Origin: Azolla caroliniana
Taxonomy: Eukaryota; Plantae; Polypodiophyta
Reading direction: 5' to 3'
Assembly (NCBI GenBank): GCA_043228905.1
Contig: JBHGNT010000013.1
Span: 7,874,001 to 7,938,000 of the forward strand
DNA length: 64,000 nt
This document shows positions 46,012 to 59,031 of this stretch, one piece after another (the first letter of the stretch is position 1; the number at the start of each line of letters is the position of its first letter). Made by a program: the position numbers and the translations under genes. The notes beneath the pieces were generated by a model. That model was given only the letters and a program-made list of their open reading frames with translations. It was not told where the DNA came from and searched no databases.

Positions 46012-48579
46012 ACTTGCTACTACATCAAGAACTCCATTTGTAAATGGTAACGGAAATACATCTATCATCGTGGCCGCATTTAATTTTCGATAGTCCACAC
46101 ATCCAGTTGCCGAATTAAACCTCACGGTCGTACAATGCTTGTATCTACCATTCTTAACCAGAATGGAAAAGTTTCCTATTTTATACCTAGTCAATCACAA
46201 GTCAACTTGTTAATGACATTTACGCTTCAACCCCCATCGACTATACTTCCCTGGACTTATTGTCCTTGGATGATTACTTTAATACTTGCACTGTGCTCGT
46301 CCATTACTGTCGGTCCTTGAGTCGGATTCATAAAATTGACCGCCACTTCCTACATCTTATTTTTGGCGATGATTTGAGCCACTTTGTCTAAAGAACGAGA
46401 CACTAATTTTAGTAATGTCGATAATGACAACGAAATTTTTGAATCCATCAAGGCTTGCCAAACTTCATCATTCTCGGCCTCTGTTTTAGTGGGTGTGTGA
46501 GCTTGTCGACTGTCGGATGTGACAATTGGTCCTATACTTTCTTGCAACATTCTAGCAACACTATTGTCCTTTGCTTCATCCACCCATGCGTTTGCCGCTT
46601 TTCGAACCTCTTCATGTATATCCCATTCCGATTGTTTCACTTTACTACAATGTCATAGTATTCCACGAGTACGTGTAAGATGTTAGGCGTGACCGCGGGG
46701 GTCTTGGACTGCGAAGTAGAGGGGGCATGGGATCTTAGCTCGAGAGGGGAGGAGAAAGAATAGGACATAAACATAGAATGGATGGAACAAGAAGATAGAT
46801 GGAGGCAAGATACACAACAAGTTATATTAAGACTCCGCGAACGATTACAACCATGGCTGCATAGGCCACTCTAAAACCACTACAAGAAAACCATAACCGG
46901 ATAAGTAAAGTAAAGAAGATGATGAAGAAGAAACCCTAAACCCGAAATGGTATGAAGAAGAAGAAGAATAGTAAAACCCTAGACGAAACCCTAAAACCAA
47001 AATAGAAACCCTCGACCTAAGTGGTATACCTCTCTCACTCAAAATAGGCAACCCCTTCACAAGAGACCCCTCCCTTCCTTTTATAGCCCAAGGAGGGAGG
47101 GACGTTACAATGTGGGATAAATTCTCCCCCTTATTCTATACACCATTTTCCTACTATACATGTGCACATGTTGCACATTGCCGACTTGCCCGTTCCATCC
47201 CGGTTTCACACCAAAGCCGGAAATCTTCACGACCCCCACCAAACCGCACATCCACCGGTATGTGCCATGAAAGGAAAAGGTGAGAGATTTTGGCAACAGT
47301 GATCAACTGGGTTCTCCGCCGTCCCGGCACCCGACTGCCTTGCCGGCTCCTACCGACCCCGATCCGTCGACTTCCAGGAGCTCGCCTCCCAGTCTATCCT
47401 TGTTGACCTTGCTTGACTTTGTCTTGCATTTCGAGCATGCCCATCCTTTCCACACGAACTACCGTAGCCTCCCATTTCACCGTATCCGCCACACGTCCCC
47501 GAACTGTCGGTGCCATCTGATTCGCCATATCCGACGCTCACACCTTCTTCCCCGATCGGTCCTCCCGAACACCGTTGCCGATCTGGTCGCTCCTCCTTTG
47601 TCCACTGTGTATGCCCTCTGATTAGGCCCCCGGTCACTTAGGTTGTATGCCGGATTCCGTGTCGTGTGTGTCCCTCCTTTGGTTCGACTGTCTTCTCGTC
47701 CCGAGCACCTCAGCGTGCCATCTCTCTCCATTCCACCTTCCGTCCCATGCTTGCCTCTTAAAGGCTCGACTGAACCACTATCATTGGTCACTCGTTGCTG
47801 CTCTTCCGGGTGCATGCTTGTTTCTTGGCCCTTCGCCGGTCGTAGTGCATGCTCCTTTTCACGCTCTTCACTCGCCGTAGTCCCGACCTTCGCGTCGGCC
47901 TCTTTTTCCTTCGTTATCATAGTTCTTTCCGGCTCCATTTGGCCCTCTTGGCCCCACTCGTCCGTCTTTCCGCACCGGATACCCGTTTCGGTAACCTCGT
48001 CCGCTTCGGCCTCCGACTCCTCGCCGCCACCCGCCGTCTCTCTAGTCTTACGTCGATCCGCAACCGCCGAAGTCTCTAGAATAGGAGTGGAGGGTTCCTC
48101 TTGTTTCCGGTCTTCCACCGGACCGTAGTCGTTGCGCCCGCTTGGCCTCCTTCTTGCACTCACCGGCTCCCACTGTGTGTTGCGACTCATCCTCCCTGAT
48201 CTCCAATCATGCCGACATAGCCCTTGCCCAAATCGGTCTTGGTCGATCGGGTTTTGGTTCGGTCAACTCTCTTCTGTAATCGTAAGCGGCCGGTACGGGT
48301 TCGGCCAAACAATTCCGGCCTGGCCGACTCTTCTTTGATTCAGGCCCGGTTGACTGGCCCCCGCTCCAATCTTCTTCAGCGTCGTCTGCCGATTGGGCTG
48401 GTTTTGGACTCTCTCCTCGTTGCCACTCCTGGCCTCTCCTTCGGTCCTTCCGCACGTGCCCACTCCGGGCCTCACATCCTCATGGCCACCGCCCATCTCT
48501 CTGGTCTTATGTTGGTACACAACCGCCAAAGTCTCCGGCCCTGGTGTCGAGGGATCTCTCCTCCGTCCGCTACAATCTT

Positions 48580-49095
48580 CCTCGTTCTCGTTTCGGTCAC
48601 CCGCCTTGCCGCCGCCACCGTCTGTCACTATAGGTCGCACACCGGCTCTCGGGCTGGCCACCGGAGTCTCTAGAACCGGTGTGGGTAAGTTCCCAGCACC
48701 TCCGCTCGTTTTGTCCATAGCCACCTCCTTCTCCTTGTCGTCATCTTGGTACCCGCCTTGCCGCCGCCGCCATCCGTCACTCTAGATCTCACGCCGGCAC
48801 TCGGGCCGGCCGCCAGAGTCTTTAGAACCAGTGTGGGTAAGGTCCTGGCACCACCGCTTGTCATGTTCGTAGCCACCTCCGTCCAATCTTTGTTGTCTGC
48901 GGCTACCCCGTCCCCGATTACGCAAGCCTCGATTACGCTTACCTCCTCCTCTTCCTCGTTCTCCTTGTCATCGTCTTGGTTGCCCTCCTTGCCGCCGCCA
49001 CCGTCCGTCACTCTAGGTCTCACGCCCGTTCTTGGGTCGGTCGCCGGAGTCTCTAGAACCGGTGTGGGTAAGGTCCCAGCACCGTTGCTCGTCTC
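48580..49095. repeat. Three degenerate ~150-230 bp repeat units inside G
   Basis: ttgccgccgcc...gtcact...tagaacc(g/a)gtgtgggtaag recurs near 48606, 48759 and 48989. Confidence 0.8.
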
Positions 49096-49468
49096 CTACC
49101 CACTTGATGTTACAAGCCACCGTGTCCTGAATCCTCTGCCCACTCTCGAAGTGGTGCTCCCCGCTCCGTAGTCACCGGCCTCATCCATGGCCGTCCTATC
49201 ATCGTAAGATGACAAGGTTGCTTGCTTTGCACCCTCTCCCTCGTCACCGTTGTACGCTCTTTCGGCCTCCGCATAGGCCCCATCCTCCATGCATAGGGAG
49301 GCTTCTTCCTCTACATCCTCTGATCCTCTCGGGCCCGACTTCGCAATAGATCCTCCTTCGGCTTCAAACTTTGCCTTCATGCTCTTGTACGCCTCCCATA
49401 CCAATGCCTCTAGGTTGTACTCCTCTGATCCATCACGCGTCTAGCTCTCCTCCGGCGGTATTGCGTAG

Positions 49469-49897
49469 TCACTCACCGCCGCTCGCGGGCCGTGTTGTGG
49501 CCGACCGCTTCTCATCATGTTGCAGGCATACCCACTCCGGTTTCACGTACCCGTACGCCTCCAATAGAGCTCCCTCAAAGGACTCCCACAAATTGTGAGC
49601 TTCTCGAAGCTCCTTGACCTCTATGTGCGTCGATACGGCCATCACTCGACAAAAATATTCTAGCCTCATTTCTTCGTCCATGCCCCTCTTCGTCTTCTCG
49701 CCATTGTACGCTTCTAAGAATCTCGGGACATCGCCCCCGTTGAACCGGCTGACTTGATCGACCACCCTCTCGACGGCTTGTTGAGCCACATCTCGCCTCG
49801 CCTTCTTCCGTCTTGCATCCATCACAATCTTTTCCATCATCTCCGCGAAGTCGAAGTCTTCGTCTTCCATCTCAGTCCTCCCTTGCCACCTTTTCAC
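49469..49897 (-). pseudogene. Element G truncated gag
   Basis: Similar to the gag N-termini of A and B. Confidence 0.8.
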
Positions 49898-51264
49898 GTC
49901 GGGTTCACCAAAGATGTCGCGGTATTCCGCGAGTACGTGTAAGATCTTAGGTGGGACCGTAGGGGTCTTGGACTAGGGAGTAGAGGGGGAATGGAAGCTT
50001 AGCTCAAGAGGGGAGGAGAAAGAATAGGACATAAACATAGAATGGATGGAACAAGAAGATAGATGGAGGCAAGATACACAACAAGTTATATTAAGACTTC
50101 GTGAATGATTACAACCATGGTCTCATAGGCCACACCCAAAAGACTACAACAAAACCCTAACCGGATAAGTAAAGTAAAGAAGATGATGAAGAAGAAAACC
50201 TAAACCCAAAATGGTATGAAGAAGAAGAAGAATAGTAAAACCCTAGATGAAACCCTAAAACCAAAATAGAAACCCTTGACCTAAGTGGTATACTTCTCTC
50301 ACTCAAAATAGGCAACCCCTTCACAAGAGACCCCTCCCTTCCTTTTATAGCCCAAGGAGGGAGGGACGTTACAATGTGGGATAAATTCTCCCCCTTATTC
50401 TATACACCATTTTCCTACTATACATGTGCACATGTTGCACATTGCTAACTTGCTCGTTCCATCCCGGTTTCACACCAAAGCCGGAAATCTTGACGACAAC
50501 GAGCGGTGACTTGTTGCACTTCAACAGTAACCATATTAACTATTGTTGCTTTCCCTTTGTCTTTTGTAAGGCATTGGTTGGCATAATGACCATCCTGCTT
50601 ACAAATATAGCAATTTGGTGCAAAGGATCTATTGGATTGGCCATTTTCATATTGAGACCACTGAACATCTTGTGGTTTGGAGTCATCTCTAGCTCTAGAA
50701 TCATGTTGAAATTGTCGAGATCCTTTTGATTTTCTGTTATCATGGAACTGACAATTCAGTGGTCAATTATCCTCATTTCTCCTTTCATCATGATATCAAC
50801 TACCCTTGTACGGTTGTTGATTATTCATATCTTGTCGAGGTGAATAATCTCGGTCATAACTGCTTCAACTACCGCGCCTATAGTCATCTTCCCGATCATC
50901 TTCCAATCGACAGTCATTGTATCGGTCGTCTCGTCAGTAATCATTTCGCTAATAATCATCACTTTGATTATTGTCTCTCCTATCCGCATTCCTCCGATTA
51001 TGATCAAACCGATAGTGATCATCATGTCATGGCCGATCATCCTCTTGAAACCGGTGCCCCGACCGATTCCAGCCCTCCTAAAAGTTGGTCTGTGGGTGTA
51101 TCTGTCATACTGGTACCACTATTTTATTGAGTAATTTGTACTCGCACTAGTCGACCACATGCGCCTTGGAATGGCAGATCATACAATGAGTGTGTAAATT
51201 TCATTCCAATGTAGAATACCCTATATTAAGACATGTTGTACATTGGTATTTGTTCGAACTTTGG

Positions 51265-51886
51265 GAGGAGGATACAATGTCGTACCCCTACTCTAAGTAT
51301 CATGATGGAGCTGATGAGGAGGCGCATGTGCGCGATTTTCTCACAACATGGCAGGTAAACCATGTAGCACACTGATTGTCGGCAGTAGAGGAAGATAAAT
51401 CTAAAATTTCCGAGTTTGTATTATCGCTCAACGGACCGTCAATGAATTGGTATTCCTAGAATGGGGCCAGGGTGTTTGAATCTTTTGAGCAATTAACTAC
51501 CAATTTCATAAGTTATTTCATCGACAAATTCCACAGAAAGACTTAATTAGTCAATTTTATGCGGCTTATCAGGAAGCCCATGAAACAATGCCACAATTCG
51601 TTATTAGATTTCAAAATCTTTGCCTCCAAGTAGCGCGACCTATTCTAGAAGATGAACTAAAGGACGCCTTCTTGGCAGCATAATGGGAATCATTGCGAAC
51701 CACCTTAGCTTTGTTCGATTTCAGGAATCAATCGCTAGAGCAACTGATTCATAAAGCACTGGCCATGGATAAAAAACAGACCAATAGTAGTATGTCTATG
51801 GCGGCACTAGAACGGTCTATATCTATGATGGAAGAATTAAGGTTCCGACAAGCCATCCAATGTACAACATGTCTTCATACGGGGCA
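51265..51886 (+). pseudogene. Inverted capsid segment of F gag
   Basis: The plus strand encodes YPYSKYHDGADEEAHV...LRFRQAIQCTTCL (homologous to C gag) while the flanking gag is on the minus strand. Confidence 0.85.
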
Positions 51887-52729
51887 TGCCCCGTATCAAG
51901 ACATGTTGTACATTGGTATTTGTTCGAACTTTGGTCCTCGTCCGAACTACTGTTAGTTAAATCGGAAGTGTGCTCCACTCCCTTCAACTGCTTGCTGGTT
52001 TTGATTGATAATCTCTGAACTTTCAACAATACCACCTTCTACATGTTGGGTCTCCGATTGCGTGCATGGTCTTTTGCTACCCACAGGATGATCCTGATTC
52101 AATGGACTAGACGACATCCATTCCCCTTGTCCTCCGCCTATAGCAGATGTAACTGGGTGTGCCAAATTATTGTGTTGATCTGCCGATAGCCACGATAAGT
52201 CAAACGTCAACTCCGAACGTTCTGTCAAGAAGATTGTGGTAATGAAATAGACCGGTCGTCTCTAGTCCTATACTCAAAGACTGACACACAAAAATACTAC
52301 TATGATTTGCAAGTACTGATGATCAACTATTCGTGATAATTAGGTAGTAGATACGATATTTGATTGTTCAACACAGAAACAGTTAGACAATGAAACATAG
52401 AGTAATCGACACACAGATACACTAACTACTAAACTTATATTACTCAAAAATAGAATGATAACAATACAATACTCTCGGTCCCTTCTTTTAGGTGATCTGA
52501 GAGTCTCTCTTCCAAGTTTACACTTGCCTTCTTCGGCAAGAACTACAACAAAATTGTTCTAACTCACTTGCTATATATATTTACTTAGCAAAATTATATT
52601 AATTCTATTTTATTTTTATCCTTGCTATTTCGACTTCCGACTCTTGTTCACATTGTGGACTCCGAACATAGCAAACTCCGACTCCGACTCTATTTCATAC
52701 TTGTCCAATTCCGACCTTCCAACACTTGG

Positions 52730-53386
52730 TAGCCGACGCCAATACGAAGGAGCCGACGAGTCAAGGGGTGCCAATGCCATAATAGCGATGGAGCCGACAA
52801 GGGTCTAGGTAGTAGAAAAGCCCCCCGAGTAGCTCAAGGAGTGCAAAACCGAAGGGGTCAGGAAGCATTGGACCAGAGGGGTCATCAGACATAGTATCAG
52901 ACCAGACGAGGAGTGCGAGCAAGGCGTGAAGACACTAGGAGGAGCTGGAGGCAAGGACCGGTGCATGCTGACACAACGGACCAACCTCAAGTTGAGCTTG
53001 ACGGGGAGTGTTGAGTGACAACCTCAACATGGACTGAATCGGCTGAAGAAGCCGAGAGCTGTATCGGGTGAAGACAGACCACTAGGTGCCTATATTCCTA
53101 TTTTAGTAAATAGGAATATTATAGGTTGTTAGTGTCAGGCTCAATTAATGAGCATTCAAGTACTTGTGTCAGCCCACTCGTCAGGGCTTGTATAAAAAGT
53201 GCTCATCGCACATATTGTATGTACAAAGTGTTGACTATTTTGAATCTAAGTTTTGTTGTCTGCTCTCTCTCTCTCTCCCACTCACTCACTATGTATCTCC
53301 ATTCTCTGTGTATACCTAACTGTTACACTTCTAGACAACTGACTGTGTTCTATGTTTCGCTAAGCTTTCGCACACATATTTTTACA
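52730..53386 (+). mobile_element. copia 3' UTR, PPT and 3' LTR fragment (LTR 53009-53386)
   Basis: CTCAAGTTGAGCTTGACGGGGAG then TGTTGAG...TTTTACA. Confidence 0.85.
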
Positions 53387-53945
53387 CGCCACTTCTACAT
53401 CTTGTTCTTCCCTTATTTCACCAATTTCTTCTTTTGCTGTCTTCAATTATCGGCTGCTTCCTCGGCCTAGATTCTTTCTTGTTTGTATTTCTCCAACTCA
53501 ATGACGAGTTGTGGCTGCTCATCCTTGAATTCCACGATTAATTTTTTGACCTCCTCATTTTGTGTTTTGGTGAGGTCTTCGCAGAGCAGTTTGATGTTGT
53601 CCTTATCCATTTTATAGAATCCTTGGCCTTCTTTTCGACGATTTTCTTCATCCACTTGGAATGTCTGTAGTTCGCCCGCTTGTGCCGACCACTCATTCAA
53701 GCTGCGATTTAGTGCTTCGTCGATTGTCCATTCTAGCTTCTCTTGATGTCTGGCTAGTTGGCCCTGATCTTAGCGGGAGCTCCTGTAACTCTTTTGTTGT
53801 TGCTTGTGCGTGGCGGCGGTCATGTTGGGCTTGCATCTCTTCTAGTCCGGCTAACAACTCCTTGATCGATGTGTCAAAGATATCTTGTTCGCACTCTAAT
53901 TGGCATGCCAGCTATCCTTCAGACTCCGTAAATTGTCAGTTGGCT
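53387..53945 (-). pseudogene. Fragment of a D/C/E-type extra ORF
   Basis: EWSAQAGELQTFQVDEENRRKEGQGFYKMDK. Confidence 0.8.
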
Positions 53946-55329
53946 ATTTCCAGATCGGGCCGATACGTCGTGATAGCGAAGAAGATTTTGTTGTGTAGGG
54001 TTCCAAAAGTGAAACATGGCAGATCGGTTGAATACACATATGAGGAGGAAAATCAAGACAAAATGCCACATCATTGATCTGACCAAAGATCACATATGGG
54101 CCAATCATCTTGTTGACAATTGACAAAACAACGAAGATATTGCTCCAATGTTTGGTTGCACTCACTTTGCCCGTTAGTTTCTGGATGGTGGCCGGAAGAG
54201 AGTTTGCAAGAAGTATGTAAGAGTTTGAACATGTGCCTCCAAAACTTTGAGATGAACTAGGGACCCGATGACTGATAATATCATCTAGAAGACCATAGTG
54301 CCTGAACACCTCCCATATGAGTAAATCAGTTATCGCTTGGCTATTAATGGCCATCGTGCATGGAAGAAATCCGCCATCTTTGTAAAAAGATCCACTACCA
54401 TGAGAATAGCATCAAAACCCTTGGAAGGTGGTAGATCCGTAATGAAGTCCAATGAAATAGATTTCCATGGGCTCTCAGGAATAGGCATTGCCTATAATAA
54501 TCCATATGCATTATGTTCAGGGTTTTTTGATCGGCAACATATATCACAACTACAAACATAATCCTAAACAAAATGACGAAGTCATGGCCACCAATATCTT
54601 TGAGAAATTAACATCCAGCCATTGGTGTGTCATGACATTGTTGTAAGACTTGGAGTCGAGAAGGACTGTCAAGCACATACAATATTTGTCGAAAAAGTAA
54701 ACCATCATGACAACTAAACTGGTTGTATAGTCTTGACGACGATTTTGAGATTGTGAGCAAGAAGCTCACTTTGGGATAATATGGTTCAAAATTTCTTGGG
54801 GCAATTCACCGGTCTCAATATGCTCTTGAATGGAATCAAGAAGACTTGAATCTCTAGTTGTTTCTATAGCATGAATTGTCATTAGTCGGAGACGGTTAGG
54901 ACCCAAGAGGATCAGCTTCTGGCTTTCAAATGTGGCCTCTCCTAGTTGAAGTTCCATCTACGAACATCGAAATAAAGCATCTTCTTTTCCTTGTAGCATT
55001 CCAAGGTGATATATAATTACGAAATCAAAATGAGTGAAGAACTACGCCCAACGAGCTTGTCAACAACTGAAGACTCGAGCACTTTGTAATTATATTAGAT
55101 TTTTGTGTTCATTGTAGACAATAATTTGTTGAGAAGAACCCTCCAAAAAATGATGCCATTGTTGTAAAGAATCCACAATAGCAAGAAGCTCTTTGTCGTG
55201 AATCTCGTAGTTGAATTCAACATCTTCATATTTTCATGAGTGAAAAGCCACAGATTGCAGTTGGCCATCATCTCCGATCTAGGACAATACTCTTGCTTGT
55301 GCAAAGTCAGATGCATCAACTTCAAGTAT
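53946..55329 (-). mobile_element. Decayed chromovirus-type gypsy RNase H-integrase fragment (Tcn1/Tf1-like)
   Basis: [55 protein letters not shown] read on the minus strand. Confidence 0.8.
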
Positions 55330-58300
55330 TATTGAGATACAAGCTCAACATTGGGTGCATAACCTAGTGTGTAGACTGGGTGCATAAAACCGTACGCACA
55401 ACATGGTTGTAGCGGTGTGTAAACCGAGAGGCCGTTAAGACGTTTTTCCTCGTAAGGAATAAATTTGGGAGTTAGTGTGAAGGCTCATTTATGAGCAGTC
55501 AACTACTGTCAGTACTTTTGTCAGCCCAATAGTCAGGGCTTGTATAAAAGGTGCTCACTGAGCACGAAGTACACACACAGAGAACATACAGAGATTTATT
55601 TTTGAATATAGTTTTCATTCTGCTCTGTCTCTCTATCTCTCTCTCTCTCTCTCTCCTTCTCTATGATTTGCGTTTTTACCGAACTGTCATACTTCTGAAC
55701 TATGTACTATGTGTCTTACGCATACGCTTCTGCACACGTATTCTTTTACATGGTATCAGAGTGTGAGGGTTGAGACTCCTCTGCAACTGACAGAAAAGCT
55801 TGCGATAAAGACAAAGTTAAGTTATTGTTTTTTGAAAAGGATAAGACATCAATATGGAAGAGGAATGGGTAGCTCGCTACCGACCGAGAAGCTCAACAGG
55901 AGCAACTACGCATCTTGGTCGTACAAGATGCACCAATACCTGCTTGGTCATGGTTATTGGAGTTATGTCGAAGGAGCTAATGATACAACACCCGAATCGA
56001 CACACAGAGATTTTTCAGCTTGGGAACAAGTTGCAAGCAGAGTTCTTTACTGCTTCGCGTCCTGTGTGAGCGACCAACTCTTGAGCTACATTCGGGAGGC
56101 TAAGACGCCAAAGGATGCATGGGCGAATCTCAAGGGGATTTTCGCCGCTAGCACAACGGCTAGGAAGCTGCAACTCAGGCAAGAGCTCAACAATGTTTGA
56201 CAGAAAGATCTATCTGTGGCCGATTACATGACCCGAATCAAGGGGATCTGCGACTCTCTCGCCTCCGTCAATGTGAACGTTGAGGAGGACAAAATGGTGC
56301 AGGTTTGTCTTGGAGGAGCATCAAAGTTCAGAGCATTCCGAACGGCATTCTGCACAAGGGAGAATACGCCTTGCTTCTTCGAGCTTCTGCTCGTGGAGGA
56401 AAATCACGCGGGTGGGTCGATGAGTACGCACGCTGACAGTAGGATGTTGTACACAGAGGAAGATAGGCCCCGTGATTGTGGCAGACAAGGCGGATCAGCG
56501 TGCAATGGAGGTGGCCAAAAAGAGCAAAACGTGCGGCATAATCGAAATACCAGAAGCAATTCCGAACCCTCCGGAAGCAGGGGTAGTCATAGCAGCGTCG
56601 GAAGCTGGAAAGAGAAGGCCGCGACAAAATGCTGGTACTGTGGCAAGAAAGGCCACAGGGAGAGCGAGTATTAGAAGAAGAGAGTCGATCCAGACAAAGC
56701 TGGATCAAGCGGAAAAGACGTAGAGAGGCGGCAGAGGTTGCACTACGCGGAAGGCTCCTAACGAGCCGGAAATGGATCGGGCTCAGCTTTCGTAATGAAG
56801 CACAAAGCCAAATCGATAGCCGTGAACACCTCGAAATCGAGCGAGGTGTGGTATGTTGATTCTGGAGCATCAAATCATATGACGAGTCATGAGGAATGGT
56901 TCTCGTACTTAGAGAAACCAAAAAAACAAGGAGTGGTCAAAAGGGGAGACGACAATTCACATACCATCAAACATGTCGACAAAGTTCCCCTCAACCACGT
57001 TGGGCAGAAAGGGAAACTCATGAACGTGTTGCACGTCCCAACAATAACCAAGAACCTAGTGTCGGTCGGACAAATCGTCGACCAAGGGATGCAAGTTCGA
57101 TTCACGCACCTCGGGTGCTACATCGAAGAGGATGGCCAAGTCATTGTGCAAGGGTGCCATGAAGGGAGGATGTTCATCCTCGACACTAACCAAGCCGGAA
57201 CCGTGTTGTTTGCGAAAGGACAGAAGGTCGAATCGGATATCGACCTATGGCACAAGTGGTTTAGCCACGTTAACTTTCCACGGCTTTGAGAAATGCAGAC
57301 AAATAACATTGTTTTCGGTTTGCCAAAATTTCATATCCGGGATGGCCAAGTCTGCGAAGCCTGCCAACTAGGGAAGCAACATCGACTTCTGTTCCCAAAC
57401 GAGCATAATCAGAGCGTAATCAACGAGCATCACTACGCACTGAATATGCTCTTTATGTTCGGGATGGCAGATTGTAAGCCCATCTCGACCCCTCGAGATA
57501 GAAACGTAAAGCTTCGCCAAGATTCAGGAAAATCATGTGACCCGACATGGTTCCGACAGATTGTCGGAAGCCTAATCTACTTGACGATCACTCGGGCGGA
57601 TCTCAGTTACCTGGTTGGCTTGATCAGTCAATTTATGTGGCAGCCCACGGCTAAACACTTTCAATGCGTACAAAGGATATTGCGATATGTCAACGACACT
57701 AAGGACATGGTATTGCTATATCGGCTAGGCATAGCCGAATAGTAAGTTGGCTACACGGATGTCGATTGGGCTGGAAATGCCAACGATTGTAGATCCACAT
57801 CCGGATACGCATTCTCAATGGGAAGTGCGTCGATCGCGTGGAGTAGTAAGAAGTAGTCAGGCCAAATATCGAGGGGCGACTGTCGCTACATGGGAAGTCA
57901 CTTGGCTGAAACGACTATTACGGAATCTGCATGTGGAGGTGTCCGACTCGACGATGATCTATTACGACAACCTCAACAGTATCCACCTTACGAAAAATCC
58001 TATATTCCACGCCCAGGCCAAGCACATTGAGGTGCATTACCATTTTGTCTGTGAGCGTGTCCTTTTTGGTGAAGTCGAACTAGCGTATGTTCCCATGGGT
58101 CGGCAGAATGCTGACATCTTCACCAAGCCCCTTAGTCTCGACAAGTTGCAGCATTTCTCGGGTGAGCTGGGTTTGCATCACCTCGACATGCCGAACTTGA
58201 TGGGAGACAACAGGAGCGTGAACGTGAAAGGAGCGGTAGTGACCACGCTGAATCGGATGAAGATTTCGATTTCGAGTCGGCTGAAGAAGCCGAAGGAGGA

Positions 58301-58563
58301 AATAGGGGCCGTAATCGCAAGAAAGAGCCAAATATAGCCAGACAAGGGGGAGATACAGCCAAGAAGGGTGTAAAGGCCAAGACCAAGACATGGTCTGACG
58401 TTGTCAAGGACTTGAAGACTGAAGAAGAATTGGAGACAGCCAATCCGGATGTGAGCAAAAACGAGTCGGTAGTGACCAATTCAATCGAAATGTTTGATTC
58501 AGACATGCCGAATCAACTAAGGGTCGAGCGGAAGAGGCACCAATACCGCGACAACAAGGGAGC
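55330..58563 (+). mobile_element. Ty1/copia 'copia3' with large INT/RT deletion at ~57415, interrupted by E
   Basis: LTR 55330-55750 (TG reads TA); PBS TGGTATCAGAG at 55751; gag, CWYCGKKGH, WYVDSGASNHM, RT C-terminus, RNase H, extension. Confidence 0.9.
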
Positions 58564-58989
58564 TGTTAATCGGCTAATTACTAACTACTACCGATACAGA
58601 AGAGTGAACGTCGCTACTCAACGTTCTAACAAGGAATTGTGTTTTACGAACGGAATTATACTATATTAATTGGTAATTACCGTGATCGTTACTTAGTTAT
58701 AAATTAGGAAGCTTGCACTTAAGAACATAGACAATAGAAAGAACTTATATTACTAAATAAAACGACCTTTCTTACAATGCCTTCGGTTCCCTTTTATAGG
58801 TATACCGAAGGTCTTTTCTCATCAAGAACTATTCCTACTTACTATCAAGATTTACAAAATTATCTAACTAACTTAGTTCTCTTCGTTTACTGCTGAGTCA
58901 TTGATCCGAACAGTCGATCCGAACCGACTCTGTTTTCGACGCTTTCCCACTTGTTCGGTAAAACTGACTGTCCGGGTCCGGGTAACACT

Positions 58990-59029
58990 TGGCACGTCCG
59001 TGGGCCAGGACCTTGTCCAGCGAACCCAT
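58990..59029 (-). other. tRNA-3'-end-like motif where E's PPT is expected
   Basis: Sense: ATGGG TTCGC T-GGAC-AAG-GTCC-T GG CCCAC GGACGT G CCA, 2 nt, LTR. Confidence 0.85.
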
Positions 59030-59031
59030 GC

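Larger units (their letters stand above)
46651..50498 (-). mobile_element. Non-autonomous tRNA-Trp-family gypsy element G
   Basis: LTRs 46651-47233 and 49915-50498; PBS 49894-49910 (minus); PPT ~47234-47240; 4-bp TSD ACAA/ACGA; gag N-terminus only (SRFNGGDVPRFL); no pol. Confidence 0.92.
46012..52724 (-). mobile_element. Decayed D-like gypsy element F (RT/PR/gag fragments and an LTR-like end), interrupted by G
   Basis: CVDYRKLNAAT..FPLPFTNGVLD at 46012-46105; gag VQQVTARSK is restored across G; LTR-like ~52240-52724 ends CCAACA. Confidence 0.75.

Noticed and set aside
50726-51130. His/Asp-rich plus-strand ORF
   Set aside because: It is the antisense of the RD-rich low-complexity tract of F gag.
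52725-52731. CT-TGGTA after the F LTR as a fourth copy of the tRNA-like motif
   Set aside because: Only 7 nt match before the sequence switches to copia 3' UTR; suggestive but too short to count.
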